NCBI GenBank assembly: GCA_036275055.1
Contig: DASUEN010000046.1
Span: 22,917 to 86,916, forward strand
Direction of reading: 5' to 3'
DNA length: 64,000 nucleotides
Source: Thermoanaerobaculia bacterium
GTDB lineage: Bacteria; Acidobacteriota; Thermoanaerobaculia; Multivoradales; UBA5704
Shown here: positions 1 to 10,510 of the stretch, one piece after another
Position numbering within the stretch: position 1 is the stretch's first letter
Layout: every line of letters starts with the position of its first letter
Made by a program: the position numbers and the translations under genes
Notes under the pieces: model-generated
What the model was told of the DNA's origin: nothing
What the model saw: only the letters and a program-made list of their open reading frames with translations
Databases searched by the model: none

Positions 1-449
1 ATCTGACCATCCGGCATGGCCAGGAGGCGCGCGCTGGTGTAGGAGGGCGGGTTCGGGAACTTGGGAATGATCGGCCCGTCGCCCGCCCCCAGCGCGCCGT
101 GGCAGACGGCGCAGAAAGTCTGGTAGACCACCTGGCCGCGGGCGAGCACCGCCGGGCTCGGGGGGAATGGGCTGTGCAGCTCGCGCCCGGCCCGCACCGC
201 GTCCTCGGGGGTGGCGGCGTAACGGAACGGCAGCGGCCCGCCATAGGCGATGGTGCCGGGCACCGGCGGCTGGAGGGTCTTGCCGTCGCGGGTCACCGGG
301 TTGGGCGCGTAAGCGTCGTAGGGGACGGAGCGGGCCATGTCCGGAATGAACTCGTAGCCGGGCGAGGCCGGATCGCGGTGGGTCGCCCAGGCGGCGAAGG
401 TGGTGAGGAGCAGCAGGGCGAAGAGGCGGATCTTCTGGAAGGTCTTCAT
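1..449 (-). CDS. actE: Monohaem cytochrome c, ActE-like subunit of Alternative Complex III (3' end runs off the window)
   Basis: My own minus-strand translation from the ATG at 449-447 gives MKTFQKIRLFALLLLTTFAAWATHRDPASPGYEF... with one CAVCH haem-c motif. The start overlaps the actD stop (ATGA at 446-449). Its position after actD fits ACIII gene order. It is missing from the ORF track because the window edge truncates it. Confidence 0.7.
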   Translation of the reverse strand, partial: MKTFQKIRLFALLLLTTFAAWATHRDPASPGYEFIPDMARSVPYDAYAPNPVTRDGKTLQPPVPGTIAYGGPLPFRYAATPEDAVRAGRELHSPFPPSPAVLARGQVVYQTFCAVCHGALGAGDGPIIPKFPNPPSYTSARLLAMPDGQ

Positions 450-963
450 GGCGCGGGCACCTCGCGAAGCTCGGACGCTCCTGCCGCGCGGAGCAATTCG
501 CGCAACGCGGCCTCTCGATCAGGATCACCAGGAAGCGGCAGGACCATCACCAGGGCGTCGTCGGTGATCCCCGGCGCCGCCAGCCGGGGATCGAGGCGGC
601 GGCCGAGGCCGCTCCGCCAGAAGAAGGCGGCGGCGGTGGAGAGGCCGCCCAAGAGGACGGTGAGCTCGAAGCTGATGGGGAGGAAGGCCAGGGCCGAGTT
701 GGCCGGCTTGCCGCCGACGTTGAGCGGCCAGTCCACCACCGCGGCCCACACCTGGAGGCCGACGGCGGCGGCGAGCCCGGCGAGCCCGCCCGCCAGAGTC
801 GCCCAAGGGAGGCGCGAGCGTGGCGCCGCCAGGGCCTCGTCGAGCCCGTGCACGGCGTAGGGAGTGAAGACGTCGCCGATCCGGAACTCCCCCTCCCGCG
901 CCGCGCGCACGGCGGCCAGAAGCTCCGTCTCGCCGGCGAAGCTCGCCACCAGAAGGTCGCCGC

Positions 964-967
<4 letters not shown>
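446..967 (-). CDS. actD: ACIII subunit ActD (DUF3341-like membrane protein)
   Basis: This is the C-terminal 173 aa of track ORF 446..2101, starting at MSGDLLVASFAGETELLAAVRAAREGEF. It has two predicted TM helices. The ATG at 967-965 overlaps the actC stop (ATGA). The N-terminal part of the track ORF is an out-of-frame shadow of actC. Confidence 0.8.
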
Positions 968-2322
<1,355 letters not shown>

Positions 2323-2332
2323 GGCTCCTCCC

Positions 2333-5278
2333 TCAAGCCTTCTCGGGCGGGTTGTGGACGTGGGTGAGGTAGCCGACGACCGGCCGGGTGTTCAGCTCTT
2401 CGAGCACGTGGTAGAAGCGGGGGGACGCCTGCTGCCGCGCCACCTCGCTGCCGGCGTCCGCCTGGTCGCCGAAGACGATGGCCTCCGCCGGGCACGCCTG
2501 CTGGCAGGCGGTGCGGATCTCGCCGTCCGCGAGCGGCGTGCCGGCGGCTTCCGCCCGCAGCTTGCCGGCCTGGATACGCTGGGTGCAGAGCGAGCACTTC
2601 TCCATCACGCCGCGCGAGCGGACGACGACGTCGGGGTTGAGCACCATCCGCCCCAGGTCGCCGTTCATGGTGTAGTCGAAGCGGTCGTTGTTGGCGTACT
2701 GGAACCAGTTGAAGCGGCGCACCTTGTAGGGGCAGTTGTTGGCGCAGTAGCGGGTGCCCACGCAGCGGTTGTAGACCTGCTGGTTGATGCCGTCGGAGCT
2801 GTGGACGGTGGCGAGCACGGGGCAGACGGTCTCGCAGGGGGCGTTGCCGCAGTGCTGGCACATCATGGGCTGGTAGACCGTCCGCGGCTCGTCCTCCGAC
2901 CCCTGGTAGTAGCGGTCGATGCGGATCCAGTGCATCTCCCGGCCGCGCGTCACCTCGTCTCTCCCCACCACGGCCACGTTGTTCTCGGCCTGGCAGGCCA
3001 CCACGCAGGCGCCGCAGCCGAGGCAGGAGGAGAGGTCGATCGCCATCCCCCAGTGGTGCCCCTCCCGCGGGTGCTCGGCCCATAGGGTTTCCAGGCGAGG
3101 GCGCTCTTCGTTGCCGGCGGCCGGGTTGCGGGCGAGCTCGGCGAGCGTCGCCTCGCGGACGATGGGTCGCCCCTCCATGGAGTGGTGGAGCTGGGTGGCG
3201 GCGAGGGTCTGCCGGCGGCCGGTCTTCTCGAGGCGAAAACCGCCGGCTGAGGCGGCGAGCAGGGGGAAGGCGTTGGCGCCCACGCCGTTGCCCACCTTGC
3301 CGGCCCGGGTGCGGCCATAGCCGAGGGCCACGGACACCGCCTGGCGCGCGTGGCCGGGCTGCACCTGCACCGGCAGCTCCAGGGCGGCTCCGGCTTTTTT
3401 CAGGACGACGACGTCGCCATCCGCGAGCCCCTGCTCTGCGGCCAGGGCCGGCGCCACCGAGACGTAGTTCCCCCAGGTGACCCGGGTGATGGGATCAGGG
3501 AGCTCCTGCAACCAGGGATTGTTGGCGTGGCGGCCGTCGCGCATCCCGACCTTTTCATAGAGGCGGACTTCCAGCCCTCCGGCGGCGCGGGCCGCCGCGT
3601 GGCCGGCGAGGATGGAGGCGGCGGCAGCCGCCAGGTCGCCGCGATCCACCGGCGGCGTTGCCTCGTCTGTGGAAGCGGCCGGCGGCTCGAAGACGCCGTC
3701 CTGGAGCGCATGGTCCCAGAAATCGTCGAAGGCGGCCCAGCGGCTCTGGCGGGGGAAGACGTCCCGGCGCCAGACCTCGCGCAGGTGAGCGAGGGGATCG
3801 GCGGGCGCGCCCATCCAGCGCAGCAGGCTCTCGTGCACGGAGCGGGTGGCGAAGAGGGGCGCAATGACCGGCTGCCGCAGCCCGAAGCTGCCGGCCACCG
3901 GCTCGGCGTCGCCCCACGACTCCAGGAAATGGTGGTCCGGGCAGACGGCGTCGGCGTGCTCCGCCGTCTCGTCCAACCGTCCGGCGAAGGAGACCTTGAA
4001 GGGAACGCGGGCCAGCGCCTTGACGAAGCGGCCGGCCTGCGGGTGATCGTAGGCCGGGTTCACCCCCCAGAGGAGGAGACCGCCCACCTCCCCCCGCTCC
4101 ATGGCCTCGATCAGCGCCGTCACCGCCCCGTCGTCCCCCTGCCGCTGCCAGGAGGGATGGTCGAGGTCGATCGTCTTGCCGACATTGCCGAGCAGCGAGT
4201 TGATCCGGTTGACCACGGCCTGCACCGCCGGGTCGTTGAGGCCCGAGACCACCAGCGACTCTCCACGGTGTTGCCAGAGGTCGTCCGCCACGGTGTCCAG
4301 CAACGCGGGATCGCAGGGCGGCTCGACCTTGGGAACGGGCTCGCCTCCTCCCGAGCGAGCTGCCAGGCGGCCTGCGAGAGCGAGCGCCACCAGGCCCAGC
4401 TCGGAGGGGAGGACGGCCACTCGCCGGTCGGCGTTGCTGCCGGTCAGCGACAGCCCCGCCTCGAACTGGTAGTGGCGGGACATCCCGCTGTTCCGGTCCG
4501 TGAGGCGCCGGCCGCGGGAGTAGGCGCGGGCGAATTCCACCGGCGACAGCCAGGTGCCGAGGAAATCGGCCTCCAGCCCCACGATCACCCGCGCCCGGTC
4601 GAAGTGGAAGCGCGGCACCACCGGCCGGCCGAAGCTCTGCTCGTTGGCGTGCCGTAGGGCGGCCAGCGAAACCGGATCGTGGACGGCGTGGATCGCACCC
4701 GGGAAACGCCGGAGGAAATCCTCGCTCAGCCGCCGGCTGGCCGGGCTCGCGATCGTCTCGGTGAGGAGCGCCAAGCGACCACCGCCGGTCGCGAGGGTGT
4801 CCAGGTGGGAAGCGACGAAGGCGTCGGCCTCCTCCCAGGACGCCGGGCGGCCGTGGAGCAGCGGGCCTTTCAGGCGCTGGCCGTCGTAGAGCGACAGCAC
4901 CGTCGCCTGGCCGGTGGCACAGGTGGCACCGCCCGAGAGCGGGGAGTGCGGATTCCCCTCGACCTTGATCGGCCGCCCGTCGCGGGTCTTGACCAGCAGG
5001 CCGCACCCCGCGGAGCAGCCGCCGCAGGTGGTGGCATACCAGCTCTCGACTCCCGGCAGCGTCCCTTCGGGCTGCGCCAGCAGGGGCACGGCCTGCCGCT
5101 CCGGGATGCGGGTGCATCCGGCGAGGGCCGCGGCGCCGATGCTGAAGCCCATCAGCTTGAGGAAGTCGCGCCGGCTCTCGCCCGCGCCCGCGGGATCGTG
5201 GAGGTCGGAAAGCTCCGGCCGCGGGGGAGGCTCTCCCCGCAGCTCCTCGACGCTGCGCCAGTAGGTGGTCTCCGGCAT
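2333..5278 (-). CDS. actB: ACIII subunit ActB: molybdopterin-oxidoreductase-like domain fused to a 4Fe-4S ferredoxin domain, Tat-exported
   Basis: A 981-aa ORF. It has a twin-arginine signal (SRRDFLKLMGFSIGAAALAGC) and an N-terminal Cys cluster (CGGCSAGCG). The C-terminal part carries several CxxCxxC...CP ferredoxin motifs (CLGCGACVVACQ, CQHCGNAPCETVCP, CVGTRYCANNCP). Confidence 0.9.
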   Translation of the reverse strand: MPETTYWRSVEELRGEPPPRPELSDLHDPAGAGESRRDFLKLMGFSIGAAALAGCTRIPERQAVPLLAQPEGTLPGVESWYATTCGGCSAGCGLLVKTRDGRPIKVEGNPHSPLSGGATCATGQATVLSLYDGQRLKGPLLHGRPASWEEADAFVASHLDTLATGGGRLALLTETIASPASRRLSEDFLRRFPGAIHAVHDPVSLAALRHANEQSFGRPVVPRFHFDRARVIVGLEADFLGTWLSPVEFARAYSRGRRLTDRNSGMSRHYQFEAGLSLTGSNADRRVAVLPSELGLVALALAGRLAARSGGGEPVPKVEPPCDPALLDTVADDLWQHRGESLVVSGLNDPAVQAVVNRINSLLGNVGKTIDLDHPSWQRQGDDGAVTALIEAMERGEVGGLLLWGVNPAYDHPQAGRFVKALARVPFKVSFAGRLDETAEHADAVCPDHHFLESWGDAEPVAGSFGLRQPVIAPLFATRSVHESLLRWMGAPADPLAHLREVWRRDVFPRQSRWAAFDDFWDHALQDGVFEPPAASTDEATPPVDRGDLAAAAASILAGHAAARAAGGLEVRLYEKVGMRDGRHANNPWLQELPDPITRVTWGNYVSVAPALAAEQGLADGDVVVLKKAGAALELPVQVQPGHARQAVSVALGYGRTRAGKVGNGVGANAFPLLAASAGGFRLEKTGRRQTLAATQLHHSMEGRPIVREATLAELARNPAAGNEERPRLETLWAEHPREGHHWGMAIDLSSCLGCGACVVACQAENNVAVVGRDEVTRGREMHWIRIDRYYQGSEDEPRTVYQPMMCQHCGNAPCETVCPVLATVHSSDGINQQVYNRCVGTRYCANNCPYKVRRFNWFQYANNDRFDYTMNGDLGRMVLNPDVVVRSRGVMEKCSLCTQRIQAGKLRAEAAGTPLADGEIRTACQQACPAEAIVFGDQADAGSEVARQQASPRFYHVLEELNTRPVVGYLTHVHNPPEKA

Positions 5279-5307
5279 CTCGGCTCCTCGTTCAGACCTT
5301 CAACGCT

Positions 5308-6519
5308 TCAGTAATGGCACTTCCCGCAGTCCAGCCCCCCGGTCGCGACATGGCGGGCCGGGAGAGCCGCGACCGGACGCTGCGAAGGGGGCATCACCCC
5401 TTCGTCGCGATGGCAGCCGATGCACCAGCCCATGGTCAGCGGCGAGACCTGGCGCACCCGGTCCATGGTCTCCACCGGCCCGTGGCAACGCTGGCAGGCG
5501 ACGCCGGCCCCCACGTGCTGGCTGTGATTGAAATAGACGAAGTCCGGCAGGTTGTGCACCTTGATCCAACGTACGGGGCGCGCCTGCGACACCGACTCCT
5601 TGAGCTTCTCCACCTCGGCCGAGGCCACCCGGAGCTGGCGATGGCAGTTCATGCAGACGCCGGCCGGCGGCACCCCGGCGTGCCGGCTCTTCTCCGCCGC
5701 GAAGTGGCAGTAGAGACACGGGACGTGATAGGTCCCCGCGTGCAGCTTGTGGGAGAAGGCGATCGGCTGGGGCGGCTCGTACCCCTGGCTGACGCCCACC
5801 CGCTGCAGGCCGCCCGTCAGGAGCACCCCGATGACCGCGATCATGGCGAGCTCCGCCGCTCCCAGGGCGGCCCGGCCGGGCCTGCTCGCGGCGAGCTTCC
5901 CGGCGAGCCGGCCCACGCGGACCGCTGGCCGGGCCAGGGCAAAGACGGCGCTGCTGAACGGCAGCACCGCCGCCGCCGCGATCCCCGCCAGGACGTGGAG
6001 CTTGACCAGCGGCGGCAGCATCGCCACCAGCGAAACGTCCGGATGGAAGGCCACCAGCGTGCGGAACCAGGGGAGGAGCGAGGTCGCGTACCAGTCCGAG
6101 CCCCAGCGGTAGAGCGCCGCCGCGCCGACACCGGAGCCGATGGTGACCGTCCCGAGCGTCAGTAGCAGAGCGTCCGCCGCGGCGCCCCGGCGCCAGCCGT
6201 CGCGGAACCGCCGGACGAGACCGGCGAGCGCCGCGAGCCCGAGGACGAAACCGCCGGCCTCCAGCACCAGCAACCGCGCGGGCACCCGGTTCCACAGCAT
6301 CAGCGGCTGGGGGAGGAGGAAGGCAACGGCGTGAGCCGCGAGCACCAGCCCCAGGCTCCAACGCCAGAGGACGGGGCCGCTGGAATGCTCATCCGGAGAG
6401 GCAGGTGCGGTGAGCGCCGCCCTCCGGGCCGGAGTGGCAAGGCATCGCCAGGCCGGCACAGAGACCAGCAGGGCCGCCGCGAGATATGGCGACAAGCCGA
6501 ACAGCAGATAGTCCCGCAT
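5308..6519 (-). CDS. actA: Pentahaem cytochrome c ActA with an N-terminal NarI/DsrM-like five-helix membrane domain
   Basis: The C-terminal ~170 aa carry five CxxCH motifs (CLYCH, CMNCH, CQRCH, CIGCH, CGKCH). The N-terminal ~230 aa align by eye to nitrate reductase gamma (NarI) helices (SPYLAAALLVSVPAWR, LVLAAHAVAFLLP, PPLVKLHVLAGIAAAAVLPFS). Confidence 0.8.
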   Translation of the reverse strand: MRDYLLFGLSPYLAAALLVSVPAWRCLATPARRAALTAPASPDEHSSGPVLWRWSLGLVLAAHAVAFLLPQPLMLWNRVPARLLVLEAGGFVLGLAALAGLVRRFRDGWRRGAAADALLLTLGTVTIGSGVGAAALYRWGSDWYATSLLPWFRTLVAFHPDVSLVAMLPPLVKLHVLAGIAAAAVLPFSSAVFALARPAVRVGRLAGKLAASRPGRAALGAAELAMIAVIGVLLTGGLQRVGVSQGYEPPQPIAFSHKLHAGTYHVPCLYCHFAAEKSRHAGVPPAGVCMNCHRQLRVASAEVEKLKESVSQARPVRWIKVHNLPDFVYFNHSQHVGAGVACQRCHGPVETMDRVRQVSPLTMGWCIGCHRDEGVMPPSQRPVAALPARHVATGGLDCGKCHY

Positions 6520-6524
6520 CGGCT

Positions 6525-7379
6525 TTATTCAGCGCCGTCCACGGGCACCCTCCGGCGAGCCGGGCTCCCGCGCCGCCGCAGGGTGCGGCGGGTGAACAAG
6601 AGAGCGAGCGACGAGCCCCCGAGCCCCAAGAAGAGGGGTGCCCCAGCCGCGAGCGCGACCGGCGGCTCCGGGGAGCGGGCGGTCCGGTAGAGGAACGCCT
6701 TGATCTGGAACGCCTCCTCCGGAGTCAACGGCTGGCCACGGTAGGCCTCCGCCATCATCGGGAAATGCGATTCCGCCAGCGCCCGGGTGAGCCCCGCGTC
6801 CTGGTACTTGAAGTAGACGCGGGTCAAATCCGAAGCCAGGGTCCCGCTGCGCCAGTCTCCCGCCTGCCCCGCGGCGTGGCAGCTCGTGCAGGCGGCGCCG
6901 CCGTTCTTGAGCGGCAGGGCGCCGGTGAAGAGCGCGCGTCCCCTCGCCACCTCGGCCGGCGTCGCCGCCATGGCGCGCCGCGTCTCCCCCTCGGAACCCC
7001 GCGGGCCGCCCGCCTCGATGAAGGCGAGCAGGGAGTCGATGTCGCCGTCCGAGAAGTCGTGGTCCGGCATCTTCTTCTTGTAGGTCGCGAAGAGCGCCGC
7101 CGCCGTCTTCTCTCCCTTCCCGACGAGCGTCTGGGAGGAACGGATGAAGGAGTGGAGCCAGCGCTTGTCCCGGCGCGCCGTCACCCCCTTGAGGTCTGGC
7201 CCCACCACCACGCCCTTGCCGACACTGTGGCAGCCGGCACACTGCAGATTGAACACCGCCGCCGGCTCGAAGCCAGCCCAGGCAGCGGGTGCGGCGAGGA
7301 GCGCAACGGCGACGGCAGCACCGGTGCGCCAGAGGAACGAGACACACGACGATCCTAGGACCTGCGGACCTGAGTTCAT
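6525..7379 (-). CDS. Membrane-anchored dihaem cytochrome c
   Basis: I trimmed track ORF 6525..7484 to the ATG at 7379 (MNSGPQVLGSSCVSFLWRTGAAVAVALLAAPAAWA signal). It has two CxxCH motifs (CAGCH, CTSCH) and a C-terminal TM helix (APLFLGLGGSSLALLF). Its stop lies 5 bp upstream of the actA start. Confidence 0.75.
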   Translation of the reverse strand: MNSGPQVLGSSCVSFLWRTGAAVAVALLAAPAAWAGFEPAAVFNLQCAGCHSVGKGVVVGPDLKGVTARRDKRWLHSFIRSSQTLVGKGEKTAAALFATYKKKMPDHDFSDGDIDSLLAFIEAGGPRGSEGETRRAMAATPAEVARGRALFTGALPLKNGGAACTSCHAAGQAGDWRSGTLASDLTRVYFKYQDAGLTRALAESHFPMMAEAYRGQPLTPEEAFQIKAFLYRTARSPEPPVALAAGAPLFLGLGGSSLALLFTRRTLRRRGSPARRRVPVDGAE

Positions 7380-7582
7380 GCTCGACCTCCAATTCGGAAA
7401 ACAGCAAGACCCCCAGCGCATGCCAGGGACGCCGATCGTTCCTTCAGCATCCCCTTCAACTTCTGTAGGTGCTTCTGGAGCCAAATCGCGAGCCGTTGTC
7501 CCGGCCCGGCAGCCGAAAACGTCCTAATTTGCAGCAGTGAATCCACGGCTTCGGGACCTGGCGGCAGGGTCCGCGAAGAAAA

Positions 7583-7611
7583 TTCGCCATAGGCTAATCA
7601 TCGTTTATACT
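7583..7611 (+). promoter_or_regulatory. Possible sigma70-type promoter for the pentahaem cytochrome gene
   Basis: TTCGCC (7583-7588), 17 nt, then TATACT (7606-7611), in an unusually AT-rich stretch. It is followed by the RBS TAAGGAGAG and the ATG at 7679. Confidence 0.3.
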
Positions 7612-7678
7612 CATGTCAAGTAGTATCGCAGACTGGCAGACTGCCCAGCAGGCTCCCGATCCGTAAGGAGAGATCCCC

Positions 7679-10510
7679 ATGGCCGTTCCGAAGGGTTGGA
7701 CCCTTGCCCTCCTGGCCGCCGGCTCCACGGCCGGCCTCGTCGCCCTGGCCTTCCAGCCGGCCGCCTCGCGGGACGAGCTGGCGAACCGTATCCCCCAGGC
7801 CGCCCCCTACGTGACCGCGGAAGCCCGTCACTTCCCGCCCCCCTTCGCGGAGGCCTGGGAGGGTCCCCACAACCCGGGGCGCTGCGCGACCTGCCACGCC
7901 AAGATCTTCGCCGAGTGGAACGGCTCGATGATGTCGAGCTCCTGGCGCGATCCGGGCTGGCGGGCGGCGTTCCTCCTCGCGGCGCGGCAGACTTCGACGG
8001 CGGGCGACTGCGAGGCCCCCTCGCCGCCGGACGGCTCGCAGCGCAGCCATCTGAACCCCTTCGCTGCCGGCGACTGCACCTCGCGCTTCGACATTGGCGG
8101 CGGCCCCTCCGGCTCCTCCACAACGGGGCGCCCAGGCTCGCTCCTCGACGGCTTCTGCTCGCAGTGCCACATGCCGGCCAACTACGTGGACAACGTCCCC
8201 CTGGCCTCCGTCGGGCCTGACTGCCCCTCCGGCCGCGAGCACGGGGCGCTCGATCCCGAGTTCAATCCCACCTCGGACGCGGGAACGGGGCTCGCCTTCG
8301 CCACCCTGGCCTCCCGCTTCCGCAACACCGACGCGGGGCGGCGGGGAATCTTCTGCGCCGTCTGCCACACCTTCGCCGACACCCGGGAGATGCCCTATGG
8401 GGACTACCACAAGTCGGGCGTTCCCTATTCGGCCATGGAGGGAACGCAGAGCCGGTCCCGCCTCCCCCCGGCGAGCCAGGACCGCCCTGCGGTGCCCGAT
8501 CCGGCATCGCCGAACCAGGGGTACGCCGTGGGCGCCGGGGCTTTCCGGCTGTCGCCGCACGCCATCGGCTTCCCCGAGTACCTCGGTCCGCTCGCCGCCC
8601 ACGCGAGCCAAGGGCGCGATCCCTACCTGAGCGGCGTGTTCCAGCAGGACGTCCCGTTCCAGAAGGCCCAGCCGGCGGGGCACGAGGCGTATTACCAATC
8701 CCTCCATGAGCGGGCGGAGCTGTGCGCCGCCTGCCACGACGTCACCAACCCGCTGACGGTCAAGAACCGCCTGGGGAAATGGTCCGGCGGCTTCCCCATC
8801 GAGCGCACCTATGCCGAGTGGGCCGGCAGCCGCTACGCCGACCGGCCGGGGAACCGCAACTTCGATCCCCGCTTCAAGCGCGACTGTCAGACCTGTCACA
8901 TGCAGCAGGACTACGGCCAGCCGGGCACCGCCAAGACGCTCTACCAGGGGGGCCACCCCGTGCCGCCGCGCACCGGCCGCGTCGCCGACGACGGCCCGGA
9001 GCGTGCTCCCGCCTTCAGCCATCACTTCATCGGCGGCAATACCTTCGTCCCCCGGCTGGCCGGCGCGGACGTCGACGGTGGCGGCGCCGTGCAGCCCTAT
9101 CCCGAGCTTTCGATCTACAGCTTCACCTCGGCGGACGAGAAGAGCCCCTACCACAACGCCTGGTGGGAGAACGTCACGGCGCACGGCCCCATCACCCAGC
9201 ACGCCCGGCTGGCGTGGGACCGCCTGCGCAACGTCCTCGACCTCGGCCTCGCGGCACCCGCGACCGCCACGGCGGGAAACCGGGTCCCCTTGCGCGTCAC
9301 CGTGGCCAACAGCGGCAGCGGGCACAACTTCCCCTCCGGCTTCCCCGAAGGGCGGGTGGCCTGGGTGGCGGTACGCGCCTGGGACCTCGCCAGCGGCCGC
9401 GAGCTCGACCTCTACGACGCGCACTGGCAACGCACCTCGAAGGGGATCGGCTACCTGACGCGCGACGAGACGGCGGACCCCAACTACCCCCGCTGCCGGC
9501 AGTGGAAGCTGCCGGCCGGCTCGCCCGATCCCTACGCCGTGCAGTTCAAGGCCATCGCCTCCCTGGGCGACGGCTGCCCCACCCTCGACCTCGCCTACGC
9601 CACGCCGCTCAACCTGGTGGTCGACGGCAAGGGGCGGCCGGTGGACGCGGCCGGCCGGGTAATCGACCGCGACAACCCGCGGGGCGTGCCGCAGTACCGC
9701 GACCTCGACGGCGACGGCGATCCCTACGACGACGCCTTCCTCTCCGACACCCGCCTGCGCCCCCTCCCCCACCCGGGGGCCACGGCGGTGATCGACCGCT
9801 ACTCGGTGGTGATCCCGCAGGACGTGCGCGGTCCCGTGGCCGTGGTGGCGGCCGTGTACTACCAGTCGTTCGAGGCGGTGGTGGCGAAGAAGCTGCTGGG
9901 GAACCTGGCCGACCTCAACGGCAATTTCCGGCTCGAGCCGTGCGTCCTCGGCGGTGCCTGCGACGGGCGGACACCCACCGTCGAGCCCGCCGTGGTGGAA
10001 GGGGCGCCGCCCGTGCCCATGGCCGTGCGCAGCCAGGTGATCGACCTCGCCGGGGGTGCTTTGGACGCCGCGCCTCCCGCCGTGGGCACCTACCCGCCGG
10101 CCGGCGCCTCCGGCGTCTCCCCGGACGTGGTGGTCAAGGCCTTCTTCTCCAAGCCGGTGCAGGATCTGAATCCTTCCACCTTCACTCTCACCTACGCTTC
10201 AGGGGCTCCGGTGCCCGGCTTCGTGGACCAGATCGGCGATGGCACCTGGGCCTTCTTCCCCCATCGCGTCTTCCTCGCCGCCCGGCAGACTTACACCGCC
10301 CGTCTCGCGGCGGGAGTCTGCGATTTCCACGGCAATTGCACCCGTCGCGAGGTGGCGTGGACCTTCACCACGGGTGAAACGGCAGGCGAGGGCACGGGCG
10401 ACACCCGGGTGCCGCTGGGCTTCGCCGTCACTCCGGCGCCGAGCGCAGCTCCAGCCCCAGCGCGAGCAGCGTCGGTGAGCCGATCATCCCGTCCAGGGGG
10501 TGGAAGGTGA
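7679..10510 (+). CDS. Large secreted pentahaem c-type cytochrome with a C-terminal Ig-like (SbsA/Big_5-type) domain
   Basis: A 943-aa ORF with a signal peptide and five CxxCH motifs (CATCH, CSQCH, CAVCH, CAACH, CQTCH). The C-terminal ~100 aa look like a bacterial Ig-like domain (YPPAGASGVSPDVVVKAFFSKPV...TYTARLAAGVCDFHGN). A strong RBS precedes the start. Confidence 0.8.
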   Translation: MAVPKGWTLALLAAGSTAGLVALAFQPAASRDELANRIPQAAPYVTAEARHFPPPFAEAWEGPHNPGRCATCHAKIFAEWNGSMMSSSWRDPGWRAAFLLAARQTSTAGDCEAPSPPDGSQRSHLNPFAAGDCTSRFDIGGGPSGSSTTGRPGSLLDGFCSQCHMPANYVDNVPLASVGPDCPSGREHGALDPEFNPTSDAGTGLAFATLASRFRNTDAGRRGIFCAVCHTFADTREMPYGDYHKSGVPYSAMEGTQSRSRLPPASQDRPAVPDPASPNQGYAVGAGAFRLSPHAIGFPEYLGPLAAHASQGRDPYLSGVFQQDVPFQKAQPAGHEAYYQSLHERAELCAACHDVTNPLTVKNRLGKWSGGFPIERTYAEWAGSRYADRPGNRNFDPRFKRDCQTCHMQQDYGQPGTAKTLYQGGHPVPPRTGRVADDGPERAPAFSHHFIGGNTFVPRLAGADVDGGGAVQPYPELSIYSFTSADEKSPYHNAWWENVTAHGPITQHARLAWDRLRNVLDLGLAAPATATAGNRVPLRVTVANSGSGHNFPSGFPEGRVAWVAVRAWDLASGRELDLYDAHWQRTSKGIGYLTRDETADPNYPRCRQWKLPAGSPDPYAVQFKAIASLGDGCPTLDLAYATPLNLVVDGKGRPVDAAGRVIDRDNPRGVPQYRDLDGDGDPYDDAFLSDTRLRPLPHPGATAVIDRYSVVIPQDVRGPVAVVAAVYYQSFEAVVAKKLLGNLADLNGNFRLEPCVLGGACDGRTPTVEPAVVEGAPPVPMAVRSQVIDLAGGALDAAPPAVGTYPPAGASGVSPDVVVKAFFSKPVQDLNPSTFTLTYASGAPVPGFVDQIGDGTWAFFPHRVFLAARQTYTARLAAGVCDFHGNCTRREVAWTFTTGETAGEGTGDTRVPLGFAVTPAPSAAPAPARAASVSRSSRPGGGR

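Noticed and set aside
7616-9772. Long antisense or alternative-frame ORFs (7616..9772 -, 12990..14858 -, 14852..16384 -, 39098..40546 +, 50419..53307 +, 57909..60902 +, 3555..5117 -, 99..860 +, 446..2101 N-terminal part and many others)
   Set aside because: Each lies opposite, or out of frame with, a gene that has clear family-level sequence. Their products are Arg/Gly/Pro/Ala-rich low-complexity strings, typical of stop-codon-poor shadow frames in high-GC DNA.
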